DNA of 32,000 nt from Cysteiniphilum marinum. GTDB taxonomy: Bacteria > Pseudomonadota > Gammaproteobacteria > Francisellales > Francisellaceae. The notes beneath the pieces were generated by a model. That model did no database searches, was not told where the DNA came from, and saw nothing but the letters and a program-made list of their open reading frames with translations. The position numbers and the translations under genes were made by a program. Positions 1 through 7,054 of the stretch are shown piece after piece (position 1 is the stretch's first letter; each line of letters opens with the position of its first letter). The stretch is from assembly GCF_014857925.1 (NCBI RefSeq), contig NZ_JACYVZ010000025.1, positions 5,984 through 37,983 of the forward strand. Reading direction: 5' to 3'.

Positions 1-145
1 GCACCGTTATTCGCAATATATCAGAAAGTAAGTGTGCATTATTAACTGCGCTTACTTCGTATTCGATCATGGCACATTGTTATGGTCGGGTAGGCGCAGA
101 ATATAATAGCTGTTTAACAGTGAATAATGCGCGCCGTTTAGGATT

Positions 146-2692
146 ATGCGGTTTCTTAACTACCCGATCACCAAAACTAACAACAACAAAGGTGTCGCTA
201 TGGAACGCATGACTCAAAACATTAAGCATTCAAAAAATAATATTGAAGCTGTCCTTGAGCGTTCGCCTATTCATGCACAAAGCACATGGATAAAAGCCAT
301 TATCAAAGAAGTTGGCAAGATTGATGCTGCACATGTTTTGATTGATTCTTTAATATACAATATTAATAAATATAAATCTTTCGCCATAAATGGCGTTGAC
401 GAGTTTGGATTACTTTATTGCGCTAAAGAGTATCAAGAGCATTTAAAAGTGTCATATAAGCGTGCTAGAGCAATCCCAACTGATCTTGTCAATGATGGTT
501 GGCTTGAATCTGTTGATCAAAGATTTACTTACAACAAAAAGTTCTACAAGCCGACATCTAAAGCTTTAGACTTCATCTATGGACTTCACTTAGTCCAAAA
601 TGACCATATAGGCGATAATGGCAATATAGACAAAATGGCACTTGTGCCAAATGGGCAAACTACTTGTGCCAATTTGCCGAAGTCATATAAGGATAAAAAA
701 CAAGATCAAAAAATAACAATCCGTAACAATCAGTACCAAGAATTAGAGAGTATAGGCGCAACTGAAAATTTTGATTGTTTCGATTGTGATGGGATTGTGA
801 TTTTTGATTTTTCTGAATTTGGACTTGAAGCCATCAAGTGCGAATCCATTTTGTATGATTATTTCACGGTCAACCAAGCAAAAGCCATCAACACGATAGC
901 CCATGTCAACGCTGATAAAATCGATATTGTCGCTTTCAACAATGCCTTAGCTCGCAAAGACATCAAGCATGAAGCCAAAGACTTCAAGCAGTTTGTTAGT
1001 TGGTGTTACCTCGTAGCAGTTGATGCTAAAGGTGCCAGTGAAGTTAAGGGGTCGGTGACTTTTAGCGAGTGTGATTTGTCTGAATCTGTTGCTGCAAGTA
1101 ACAACGTCAATCTTGGAAAGGTGAACCACCTCAGCGAAAAGAAAGCTGACAAAAACAGCAATATCAACCGTCAAATGAAACTCGATCTTGATGCCGTCAT
1201 CAACGAATTAAAGGCAATCTTGGTTGACCAAAACCTTGAAGCGATTACAGCCAAGGTGCTTGAGCTTGAATCTCAATACGACATCGACAGCGAAAACGAG
1301 CTTGTTGCTGCGGTTCTGGTTGAGTTTGATGCAATCAGTGAAGATGACTTTTTAGGTTGGTTTGATGCTGCCAGTGATCTGAGAAATGCACTACCAAATC
1401 AATCACTGACAAGCAAGGAAGCTGACAATACGAATAACGCAAGTATCGTCAAAGGCGATAATGCCAATAATCTGGTGTCTGATCAAGCATATTACAGTGA
1501 AAAAAACGCGGAAAGTGTTACTTTTGTTGATGGTGATAGTGAAACTGGTATTGCCAGTGATCTGAGAAATATCGGTTTGAAGCAATCACTGACAACGGAG
1601 AACAACACTAATGCGTTAAATGTTGTTGCAGAGGATAATGCCGACAACAACCGTTTTGATCAAGTAAATGATAGCGGAAATTTTGAAATTGTTGTTGATG
1701 GGGTTGGTTTAAGTGAGGGTGAAAGTGTTGGTGTTAGCGATGTTGAAGTCGTTGGTTTTGGTGGTGATGGCAAAGGGCAGTGTAGAGATTCGCGCGAAAC
1801 TGTCACAAACGATAATGGCTATCAACAAAGTAATGTTGCTGATAATGCTGTCAAAAACACTGAAACGGTCGTTGACCAGTTTTTAAACCTTGGAGAATCC
1901 AAGTATAAAGAGTTTGTAAAATTGTGTTTGCAACGTGGCTTTCCAAGTGAAACTAAAGTTATAGAATCAGCGACACGTGCTATTAGAGATTACGGCAAGT
2001 TGAATTTTGATCAATTATTTAAAGGCATTTGCTATGGTGATTTTTACGGTTTGAAGCTTATTGATAGTGAAGCGGTTACTGACATTGACGATAATAACAA
2101 AAAAAATCAATTACAGACAAAGGCTAAAAACCCATTATCAAGCAATCCAAGTTTGAATTTACCAACTTTGGCTGAGTTAAAAATGCCAGTAGTTGAAAAA
2201 GAGGTGATTAAAAAAGACTGGGCGAGCTTGGCACAACAATCTTTAGGATTAGCGGCAGTGACCGAATGCCAAAAAATAGCGCTGGTTGCGATTATTGATT
2301 ACGTAAAGAGAAAGGGCGTTGTTATCACAAGTGATCAGGAAGTGTACGAGTGGCTTTATCATACGGTGGCAAATTACGAGTATTACTTTTCAGGGGCAAC
2401 GAATTTTAAACATTTGGCAAATATTTTGATAAAGCGGTTGGTGAATAAGTCGTTTAATCGCCCAAGTGGTTTTGATACTTGGCGTAAAATGATCGGTGAC
2501 GGTGAACGTGTTGTTAGCATGGATACTGACAAAAAAACGAACAAAAAAGATTTAAAAAATTATAGCAGTGAAATTGATCTTCTGCTTGGAAGAATTAATG
2601 ACAAAATGAATGTCACAAACCCTAAAAAAGATGTAAAAAAACATCAAAAAAAGCTATATTCTAATAGGCGTACAGGTGGTTTTGTGGTATGA
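146..2692 (+). CDS. Large modular acidic protein of unknown function. It has N- and C-terminal globular-looking parts joined by a D/N/E/V-rich linker that contains a 61-codon internal duplication. The true start may be ATG 200, preceded by AAAGG.
   Basis: Uninterrupted 848-codon ORF in the track. Internal in-frame repeat: GCCAGTGATCTGAGAAAT at 1370-1387 and 1553-1570, and CAATCACTGACA at 1400-1411 and 1583-1594. I found no Walker or other catalytic motif. Confidence 0.6.
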   Translation: MRFLNYPITKTNNNKGVAMERMTQNIKHSKNNIEAVLERSPIHAQSTWIKAIIKEVGKIDAAHVLIDSLIYNINKYKSFAINGVDEFGLLYCAKEYQEHLKVSYKRARAIPTDLVNDGWLESVDQRFTYNKKFYKPTSKALDFIYGLHLVQNDHIGDNGNIDKMALVPNGQTTCANLPKSYKDKKQDQKITIRNNQYQELESIGATENFDCFDCDGIVIFDFSEFGLEAIKCESILYDYFTVNQAKAINTIAHVNADKIDIVAFNNALARKDIKHEAKDFKQFVSWCYLVAVDAKGASEVKGSVTFSECDLSESVAASNNVNLGKVNHLSEKKADKNSNINRQMKLDLDAVINELKAILVDQNLEAITAKVLELESQYDIDSENELVAAVLVEFDAISEDDFLGWFDAASDLRNALPNQSLTSKEADNTNNASIVKGDNANNLVSDQAYYSEKNAESVTFVDGDSETGIASDLRNIGLKQSLTTENNTNALNVVAEDNADNNRFDQVNDSGNFEIVVDGVGLSEGESVGVSDVEVVGFGGDGKGQCRDSRETVTNDNGYQQSNVADNAVKNTETVVDQFLNLGESKYKEFVKLCLQRGFPSETKVIESATRAIRDYGKLNFDQLFKGICYGDFYGLKLIDSEAVTDIDDNNKKNQLQTKAKNPLSSNPSLNLPTLAELKMPVVEKEVIKKDWASLAQQSLGLAAVTECQKIALVAIIDYVKRKGVVITSDQEVYEWLYHTVANYEYYFSGATNFKHLANILIKRLVNKSFNRPSGFDTWRKMIGDGERVVSMDTDKKTNKKDLKNYSSEIDLLLGRINDKMNVTNPKKDVKKHQKKLYSNRRTGGFVV

Positions 2693-3034
2693 TATATTTA
2701 ACTTGAAAAGTGATAGTACAAACAGCCTTAATGATAACATTGTAGTCAAGTAGCTGTTTGATAACATTACAAAAGTTGTAGTTAAATTGTAATAAAAATT
2801 ATAGGCTAGAGTGATAGCAAAAGAGGTGGTAAAAATGAATATGAAACGGACAGTGAAAGTAAAAAAGTAAGTTTGAGCGGTGGGAAAATTGCAGTTTTGG
2901 TAGACGTAAATTAGCCCACCGTCCGAATACTTACAACGAGTGCAAGCCTTTGTATCTTAAGGTTTTCTCCTGAGTTTATCAAGCTTGCAATCGTTGTTTT
3001 TAAGAAATAAATGTATAAAACAATGAGGTTTATC

Positions 3035-3211
3035 ATGCAAAACATTAAAGACATTACCGAAAAAGTGCGTGTTGAATTGTTAAGGAAACACTTTAACCAA
3101 GGGCAATTCAGCGTTGAAGAATTACTTTTTGCTTGCCGTGTTTTTAGCAAAAAAACGCATTTAGAAAAAGGTAAAAAAATTTACGATAAAAAAATAACAC
3201 GTAGACACTAA
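3035..3211 (+). CDS. Small basic protein (58 aa). The layout is weakly reminiscent of a ribbon-helix-helix protein (KVRVEL .. GQFS .. VEELL). Function unknown.
   Basis: An in-frame ATG at 3035 within track ORF 3011..3211 is preceded by GAGG at about 3024-3027. The overlapping minus-strand ORF 2911..3150 looks like a shadow. Confidence 0.35.
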   Translation: MQNIKDITEKVRVELLRKHFNQGQFSVEELLFACRVFSKKTHLEKGKKIYDKKITRRH

Positions 3212-3419
3212 CTTGTCATTTTTGACATTTTCACCATTTTTGATGATTTTGCAATCAGGGAATGAGAGGTTGAGTATGAACGTATCAGATTACACGCCAA
3301 TTGAGCCGATAGGTTCAGATAGATTGTTAGAGGTTTAATTAGTTTTACCTTTGATTGTAGAGAGTGTCAAAAAGGATGAGTTAATGCCTTATTGATCGTT
3401 AGGTTGATTTGGTTTTTTA

Positions 3420-3660
3420 AAAGCCCGAGCTTTCGGGTGGGTTATATATTTGCACCTACTAAGCAGATGTTGAATGAGAAAGATAACAACGATCACTGTT
3501 AACGCACTGTTCTTGGTGCTGCACAAACACGCCCTTGGGGTGAAGTTATCAGTTATATAACCGTAGTACCTTGCGGGGGCTATGCTCTGTATAACTTACG
3601 TTTAACAAATAGATGCTGCTTAGTAGGTTTTAGGCATTATCTATTTGTTAAATATAAATA
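3420..3660. other. Structured non-coding element with nested or interleaved inverted repeats. It could be a cis-regulatory RNA leader, an sRNA or an ssDNA-active element.
   Basis: Neither strand has a track ORF in 3212-3644. There is a hairpin at 3424-3437. A perfect 13-bp pairing joins 3454-3466 (ACCTACTAAGCAG) to 3616-3628. A perfect 14-bp pairing joins 3601-3614 (TTTAACAAATAGAT) to 3639-3652. A 9-bp pairing joins 3440-3448 (GGTTATATA) to 3554-3562. Confidence 0.45.
3630..3658 (+). promoter_or_regulatory. Possible sigma70-type promoter, TTAGGC-17 nt-TATAAA. Its spacer is the right arm of the 14-bp inverted repeat.
   Basis: Hexamers read directly at 3630-3635 and 3653-3658. The -35 is weak and there is no experimental support. 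Confidence 0.2.
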
Positions 3661-3677
3661 GAGAGAGAGGATTTTTA

Positions 3678-4064
3678 ATGTCTATAAATAGGAATAGATC
3701 AACGCAAACTTTATTAAAAGAAGTCACCAAGGCGCAACTTGATTTAATGCACGATAGAAAGCCTTATATGGGAAGCACTAAGGATTATACGCTGAATGAG
3801 TGTAAGGTTTTTAAGCATTTTTATGATCATCATATCAGACTGGGTGAGCCATCTAATAGGGCAAGACTTATTGCTATGGGTGAGGTAAATCATCTTAATA
3901 AATTATCACGAAGTAAAAGGGTTGCTGTTAAATACAAGCAAGGTAAAGAAATTATCGGTAAGATTTTTAAGTTTACTCATCAGCATATTGCCTTAAAAAC
4001 CAAGCCTAGCGATAAGCCTATTTGGTTAGATCGTAGGTATATTAGCTTGATTAAAACGGCTTGA
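3678..4064 (+). CDS. Hypothetical basic protein (128 aa from ATG 3678). The track ORF begins at TTG 3645.
   Basis: ORF track. GAGAGAGAGG at 3661-3670 lies 7 nt upstream of ATG 3678. No family recognised. Confidence 0.55.
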   Translation: MSINRNRSTQTLLKEVTKAQLDLMHDRKPYMGSTKDYTLNECKVFKHFYDHHIRLGEPSNRARLIAMGEVNHLNKLSRSKRVAVKYKQGKEIIGKIFKFTHQHIALKTKPSDKPIWLDRRYISLIKTA

Positions 4065-4302
4065 ATCAAGACAAAAACCCCTGCTTAATAATCCTTTTAA
4101 TTCGCGTCAAGATGGGGGCTATCAGCGTTAAGCACCTAATCTACTTCATAACAAAGGGGAGTATGTTTCAATTAAGCTGTTTGTGTCATTTCGGGAATAA
4201 TACAACAGGGAAATTGACATTTAAAGCGTGTCATTCGCTTTTATATTACTTTTTATAAAGAGATTTTGTAAAAAACATTCTTTTAAACAATATCGACGTC
4301 AA

Positions 4303-4349
4303 CAAGCACGGCTACAATTCCATTCCCTCCCTTAGTGTAGTCGTGCTTG
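4303..4349. repeat. Inverted repeat / hairpin. A 14-bp stem (one G-T pair) encloses a 19-nt C/T-rich loop and is followed by ATGGGGTGGTTTT.
   Basis: CAAGCACGGCTACA at 4303-4316 is complementary to TGTAGTCGTGCTTG at 4336-4349. It lies in the 333-nt gap between the 3678..4064 and 4398..4709 ORFs, where the only track ORF (4061..4258) looks non-coding. Confidence 0.6.
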
Positions 4350-4397
4350 ATGGGGTGGTTTTAAACTTCAACTATTCAAACAAGATCGGGGGCATTC

Positions 4398-4709
4398 ATG
4401 CAAACACAATCAATCAGCCCGAAATCAGTCACCAACGCTGACAAATCAAAGTGGGGTGTAGATTTGGGTGTCGGTCAATCTTACTTGCCATTTGTGAAAA
4501 TTGGCACAAGTACAAGTACAACGACAAAGCCAATCAAGAGGACAGCAACCATGAGGAGCGCAAACAAAGACGATATTAACAAAAAAATTGACGAGTTAAG
4601 ACAACAGAAAAAACGGTACAAGTCATTGATCGATAAAATTTCAGTGGACTTGTTAAGGCAAGAAAAAAAGCTTTTGACAATGGAGCTTAGAGAGTTAAAG
4701 GGGCGGTGA
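4398..4709 (+). CDS. Hypothetical protein (103 aa) with a K/E/R/L-rich, heptad-like C-terminal segment that may form a coiled coil. First gene of an overlapping three-gene cassette.
   Basis: ORF track. GGGGG lies about 6 nt upstream of the ATG. Stop TGA 4707-4709 lies 1 nt before the next ATG. Confidence 0.5.
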   Translation: MQTQSISPKSVTNADKSKWGVDLGVGQSYLPFVKIGTSTSTTTKPIKRTATMRSANKDDINKKIDELRQQKKRYKSLIDKISVDLLRQEKKLLTMELRELKGR

Positions 4710-4710
4710 T

Positions 4711-4890
4711 ATGGACACTAACCAATACAGAAAAAGCACTAGAATGTTGCTTATTACAGAGGCTATTGAAAATGGCAATATCAGTGACGTAATTAATGGC
4801 AAATATTGTAAGCCAAGAAGTGATATTGTAAGTGTTGTTTCTCGTGTTGCTGACACTGACAGTTTAAACTTTAAAGGTGAAAGAAAATGA
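4711..4890 (+). CDS. Hypothetical 59-aa protein, below the track length cut-off. Middle gene of the overlapping cassette.
   Basis: Hand translation gives MDTNQYRKSTRMLLITEAIENGNISDVINGKYCKPRSDIVSVVSRVADTDSLNFKGERK. The ATG at 4711 sits directly after the upstream stop, and the stop at 4888-4890 overlaps the next ATG at 4887 (ATGA). Confidence 0.4.
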   Translation: MDTNQYRKSTRMLLITEAIENGNISDVINGKYCKPRSDIVSVVSRVADTDSLNFKGERK

Positions 4891-5399
4891 TAGCGGTATA
4901 TATTGTTGGAATCATTTTTTTTAGTATTGCTTTCATTCAAGTTTCTTACCTTTGGTTTCAGCATAGAAGTTTGTTGACTAGGCACAGATTGACACTTAAT
5001 AAAATTAATATTGATTTGCTTAAGTATGTTGGCAACGAAGCAGATAATAAAACTTACTTTGTTAAGCAAATATCACAGGTTTGTTATCACTTATCAGATG
5101 CTTATTCTAAAGGAATTATTAAGCATAACGACAGTGACAATAAGTCTAAATTTTTAAAGGAATTAAGCCTTGCGCTTGATGGTAAAAATGTAAGTTTTAA
5201 TGATTTTTATTTTATTTGTAAAAATGACCTTTTTTTTCTTAGAGAAGAGCCTGAATCTATAGTGTTTATTTTAAATGATTTTTTCGGTAGCAAAGAGCCA
5301 ATATCATCAATGTTAGTTATGAAATCTTTAACCAATTATCAAAAGTATAAGCAAACTTTTTTAAGTAAATCAGATCATGAGGTATTTACAATTGTTTAG
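4887..5399 (+). CDS. Hypothetical protein (170 aa) with one N-terminal transmembrane helix. AT-rich.
   Basis: ORF track. ATGA overlap with the upstream small ORF. Hydrophobic N-terminus IAVYIVGIIFFSIAFIQVSYLWF. Confidence 0.55.
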   Translation: MIAVYIVGIIFFSIAFIQVSYLWFQHRSLLTRHRLTLNKINIDLLKYVGNEADNKTYFVKQISQVCYHLSDAYSKGIIKHNDSDNKSKFLKELSLALDGKNVSFNDFYFICKNDLFFLREEPESIVFILNDFFGSKEPISSMLVMKSLTNYQKYKQTFLSKSDHEVFTIV

Positions 5400-5454
5400 A
5401 TTCGAAAAGAAAAAAACTATTGACTTACAAACCAAGCTAAAAAATAACAATCAA

Positions 5455-5478
5455 TATCCTTAACTGGATAGGTTTTTT
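5455..5478 (+). terminator. Weak intrinsic terminator candidate: TATCC-6 nt loop-GGATA, then GGTTTTTT.
   Basis: Read directly from the sequence. The stem is only 5 bp, followed by a T6 run, 56 nt after the stop at 5399. Confidence 0.3.
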
Positions 5479-5534
5479 CATATCAAAAATTTCATAAATC
5501 AATTTAAAAATAATCAAAAACCAAGGAGCAAAAC

Positions 5535-5951
5535 ATGCTAGTAGCATTCCCGAAACACAAAGAAATCAAGATCGGCAAAGTGGATTTTGTCGTTGAAGAA
5601 GTGACACCCAAAGAAACCTCAAAAGGCGATTTTATGTTGTCGTTGAAATTAAAGGTTAAAGACGATGTGGGTACTGAGCGCATTGTTTATGATTTTCTAA
5701 TTTTTAACGACATGAACACATGGAAAATTGAGCTGTTTGGTGAGTCTTTAGGTATGGGTGATGAGTTCAGAAATTCCGAAGTTGAGACAGACGAGCTTGT
5801 AGGCAAAACTGGTAGTTGTATTTTAAGTCGAGAAGAAGATAAAAGCGAAAACCCGCGTTTTCCGTATCGGTATATGGTGGGGAGTTACTGTATTCCCGAT
5901 AGTGGCAGTGATGGGGTCAATGTAGGTTCGGCTTTTGATAAAGCGGAATAG
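5535..5951 (+). CDS. Acidic 138-aa protein. Its sequence pattern resembles DUF669-type phage/plasmid OB-fold proteins, which are possible ssDNA binders.
   Basis: ORF track with strong RBS AAGGAG. The motif layout GKVDFVVEEV..TSKGDFMLSLKLKV..G..IVYDFLIF...WKIELFGESLG recalls DUF669. This comes from memory and is not a search result. Confidence 0.6.
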   Translation: MLVAFPKHKEIKIGKVDFVVEEVTPKETSKGDFMLSLKLKVKDDVGTERIVYDFLIFNDMNTWKIELFGESLGMGDEFRNSEVETDELVGKTGSCILSREEDKSENPRFPYRYMVGSYCIPDSGSDGVNVGSAFDKAE

Positions 5952-5997
5952 TTTCTAAAAAGTTTAAAATTCAATAATTATCTAAAGGATTTTCAGA

Positions 5998-6978
5998 ATG
6001 AAAAATAAAATAAAATCGATTTTGGCATTGTCGCTGTTGGGTTTTGGTGTGGCGAATGCGTCTATATCTCAAGATATGGCAGAGTATTTTGACAAAAGAG
6101 ATAATAAAACTAATGTTGACGCAAGTTCAGAGTATGCCAGTATAGCGGATTACTATGTTGAGTTGGCAGCAAAAAAGAAGGTTGAGCTTGCTAATTACGG
6201 TAATAATAATGCTTTAGAGTTAGCGTATAATGATTTACCTCATATGACTACTGGAAATGGTGCTATTGATTTATCTGAGCATGCCAGAGAGACTTTGAAT
6301 AATGATCTTAAAGATTATACTTCAAGCCTACTTGTGACCACACAATCTTTTGAAAAAGCTATCGTTGACCCAACAACTGAAAACGTATCTGATTATCTTA
6401 GCAACTTAGCTTATGCGTCCAAACTTAATTTAGGTCAACTAAGAGCCTACGCTCAAGGTATTTTAGATTATCAAGCGCAAAACCCGAGTAATACAAAAGG
6501 GTCAGCGGCTTTGGCTTCCTTTGCTCATGGAGTCATTGATTACTATAACATAGTTTTTAAAGTGATTGAGGATAAGCCTTTAACTGAAAAAGAAAATCTA
6601 ATTGTCAGCAAGTCTAATTATCCAATCATGGCAATGGCAAATAAAGCTGCGGTTGATCTTAACAACGGGATTTACAAAGGCATTGCAGATAATACATGCA
6701 ATTATGGTTATGACTGCAACGAGGTTATTGCAAAATCGCATGATCTTTACTGGGCGCAAATTTTTCAATCTCAATCATACGCTGACCAAGAAATCATAGC
6801 TAACTCTACTAATTATGCAATTGGCTTAGGTTTAAATAAAAATTCACCGAATGCTTATAAGGTGCTTAATGATGTTAAAACACATGCTTATGGGCAAGCT
6901 CAGTTGGCAATGTTAGCAGATATTGGTGAGCAATTGAGATTATTGAATGTGTCACTTGATAGGTTGGCGGATAAGTGA
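5998..6978 (+). CDS. Secreted or periplasmic protein of unknown function (326 aa).
   Basis: ORF track with RBS AAAGGA. The N-terminal signal peptide MKNKIKSILALSLLGFGVANA is followed by SISQ. Confidence 0.7.
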   Translation: MKNKIKSILALSLLGFGVANASISQDMAEYFDKRDNKTNVDASSEYASIADYYVELAAKKKVELANYGNNNALELAYNDLPHMTTGNGAIDLSEHARETLNNDLKDYTSSLLVTTQSFEKAIVDPTTENVSDYLSNLAYASKLNLGQLRAYAQGILDYQAQNPSNTKGSAALASFAHGVIDYYNIVFKVIEDKPLTEKENLIVSKSNYPIMAMANKAAVDLNNGIYKGIADNTCNYGYDCNEVIAKSHDLYWAQIFQSQSYADQEIIANSTNYAIGLGLNKNSPNAYKVLNDVKTHAYGQAQLAMLADIGEQLRLLNVSLDRLADK

Positions 6979-7054
6979 CTTAGGTAACTGATTTTATTTA
7001 AAATATTTTGTGTGAATATATAATCGTTCATAAGGGAAAATAGGATAGGTCTTT

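Noticed and set aside
2911-3150. The 79-aa minus-strand ORF
   Set aside because: It overlaps the better-supported + strand small ORF (3035-3211), has no obvious RBS and looks compositionally random, so I treat it as a shadow ORF.
3424-3437. The CCCGA-GCTT-TCGGG hairpin as an intrinsic terminator
   Set aside because: The stem is only 5 bp. On the + strand the T-run precedes rather than follows it. On the minus strand there is no upstream gene to terminate.
3420-3660. Type III toxin-antitoxin (ToxIN-like) RNA repeat array upstream of a toxin gene
   Set aside because: Those loci have tandem direct repeats of about 34-36 nt followed by a terminator. This element has inverted rather than tandem direct repeats, and no U-tract follows the last hairpin.
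3420-4064. Retron-like reading of the structured element, with flanking inverted repeats as a1/a2 followed by a gene
   Set aside because: The downstream ORF is only about 128 aa. I found no YxDD reverse-transcriptase motif in any translated ORF of the window.
4061-4258. The 65-aa + strand ORF in the track
   Set aside because: It has no Shine-Dalgarno sequence and its composition is Cys/Leu/Phe-rich and implausible. It lies in what otherwise looks like a non-coding spacer, so it is probably not coding.
4695-5069. The 124-aa minus-strand ORF overlapping the three-gene cassette
   Set aside because: It runs antisense to two + strand ORFs that are linked by start/stop overlaps and have RBSs. In AT-rich DNA, long antisense ORFs arise by chance.
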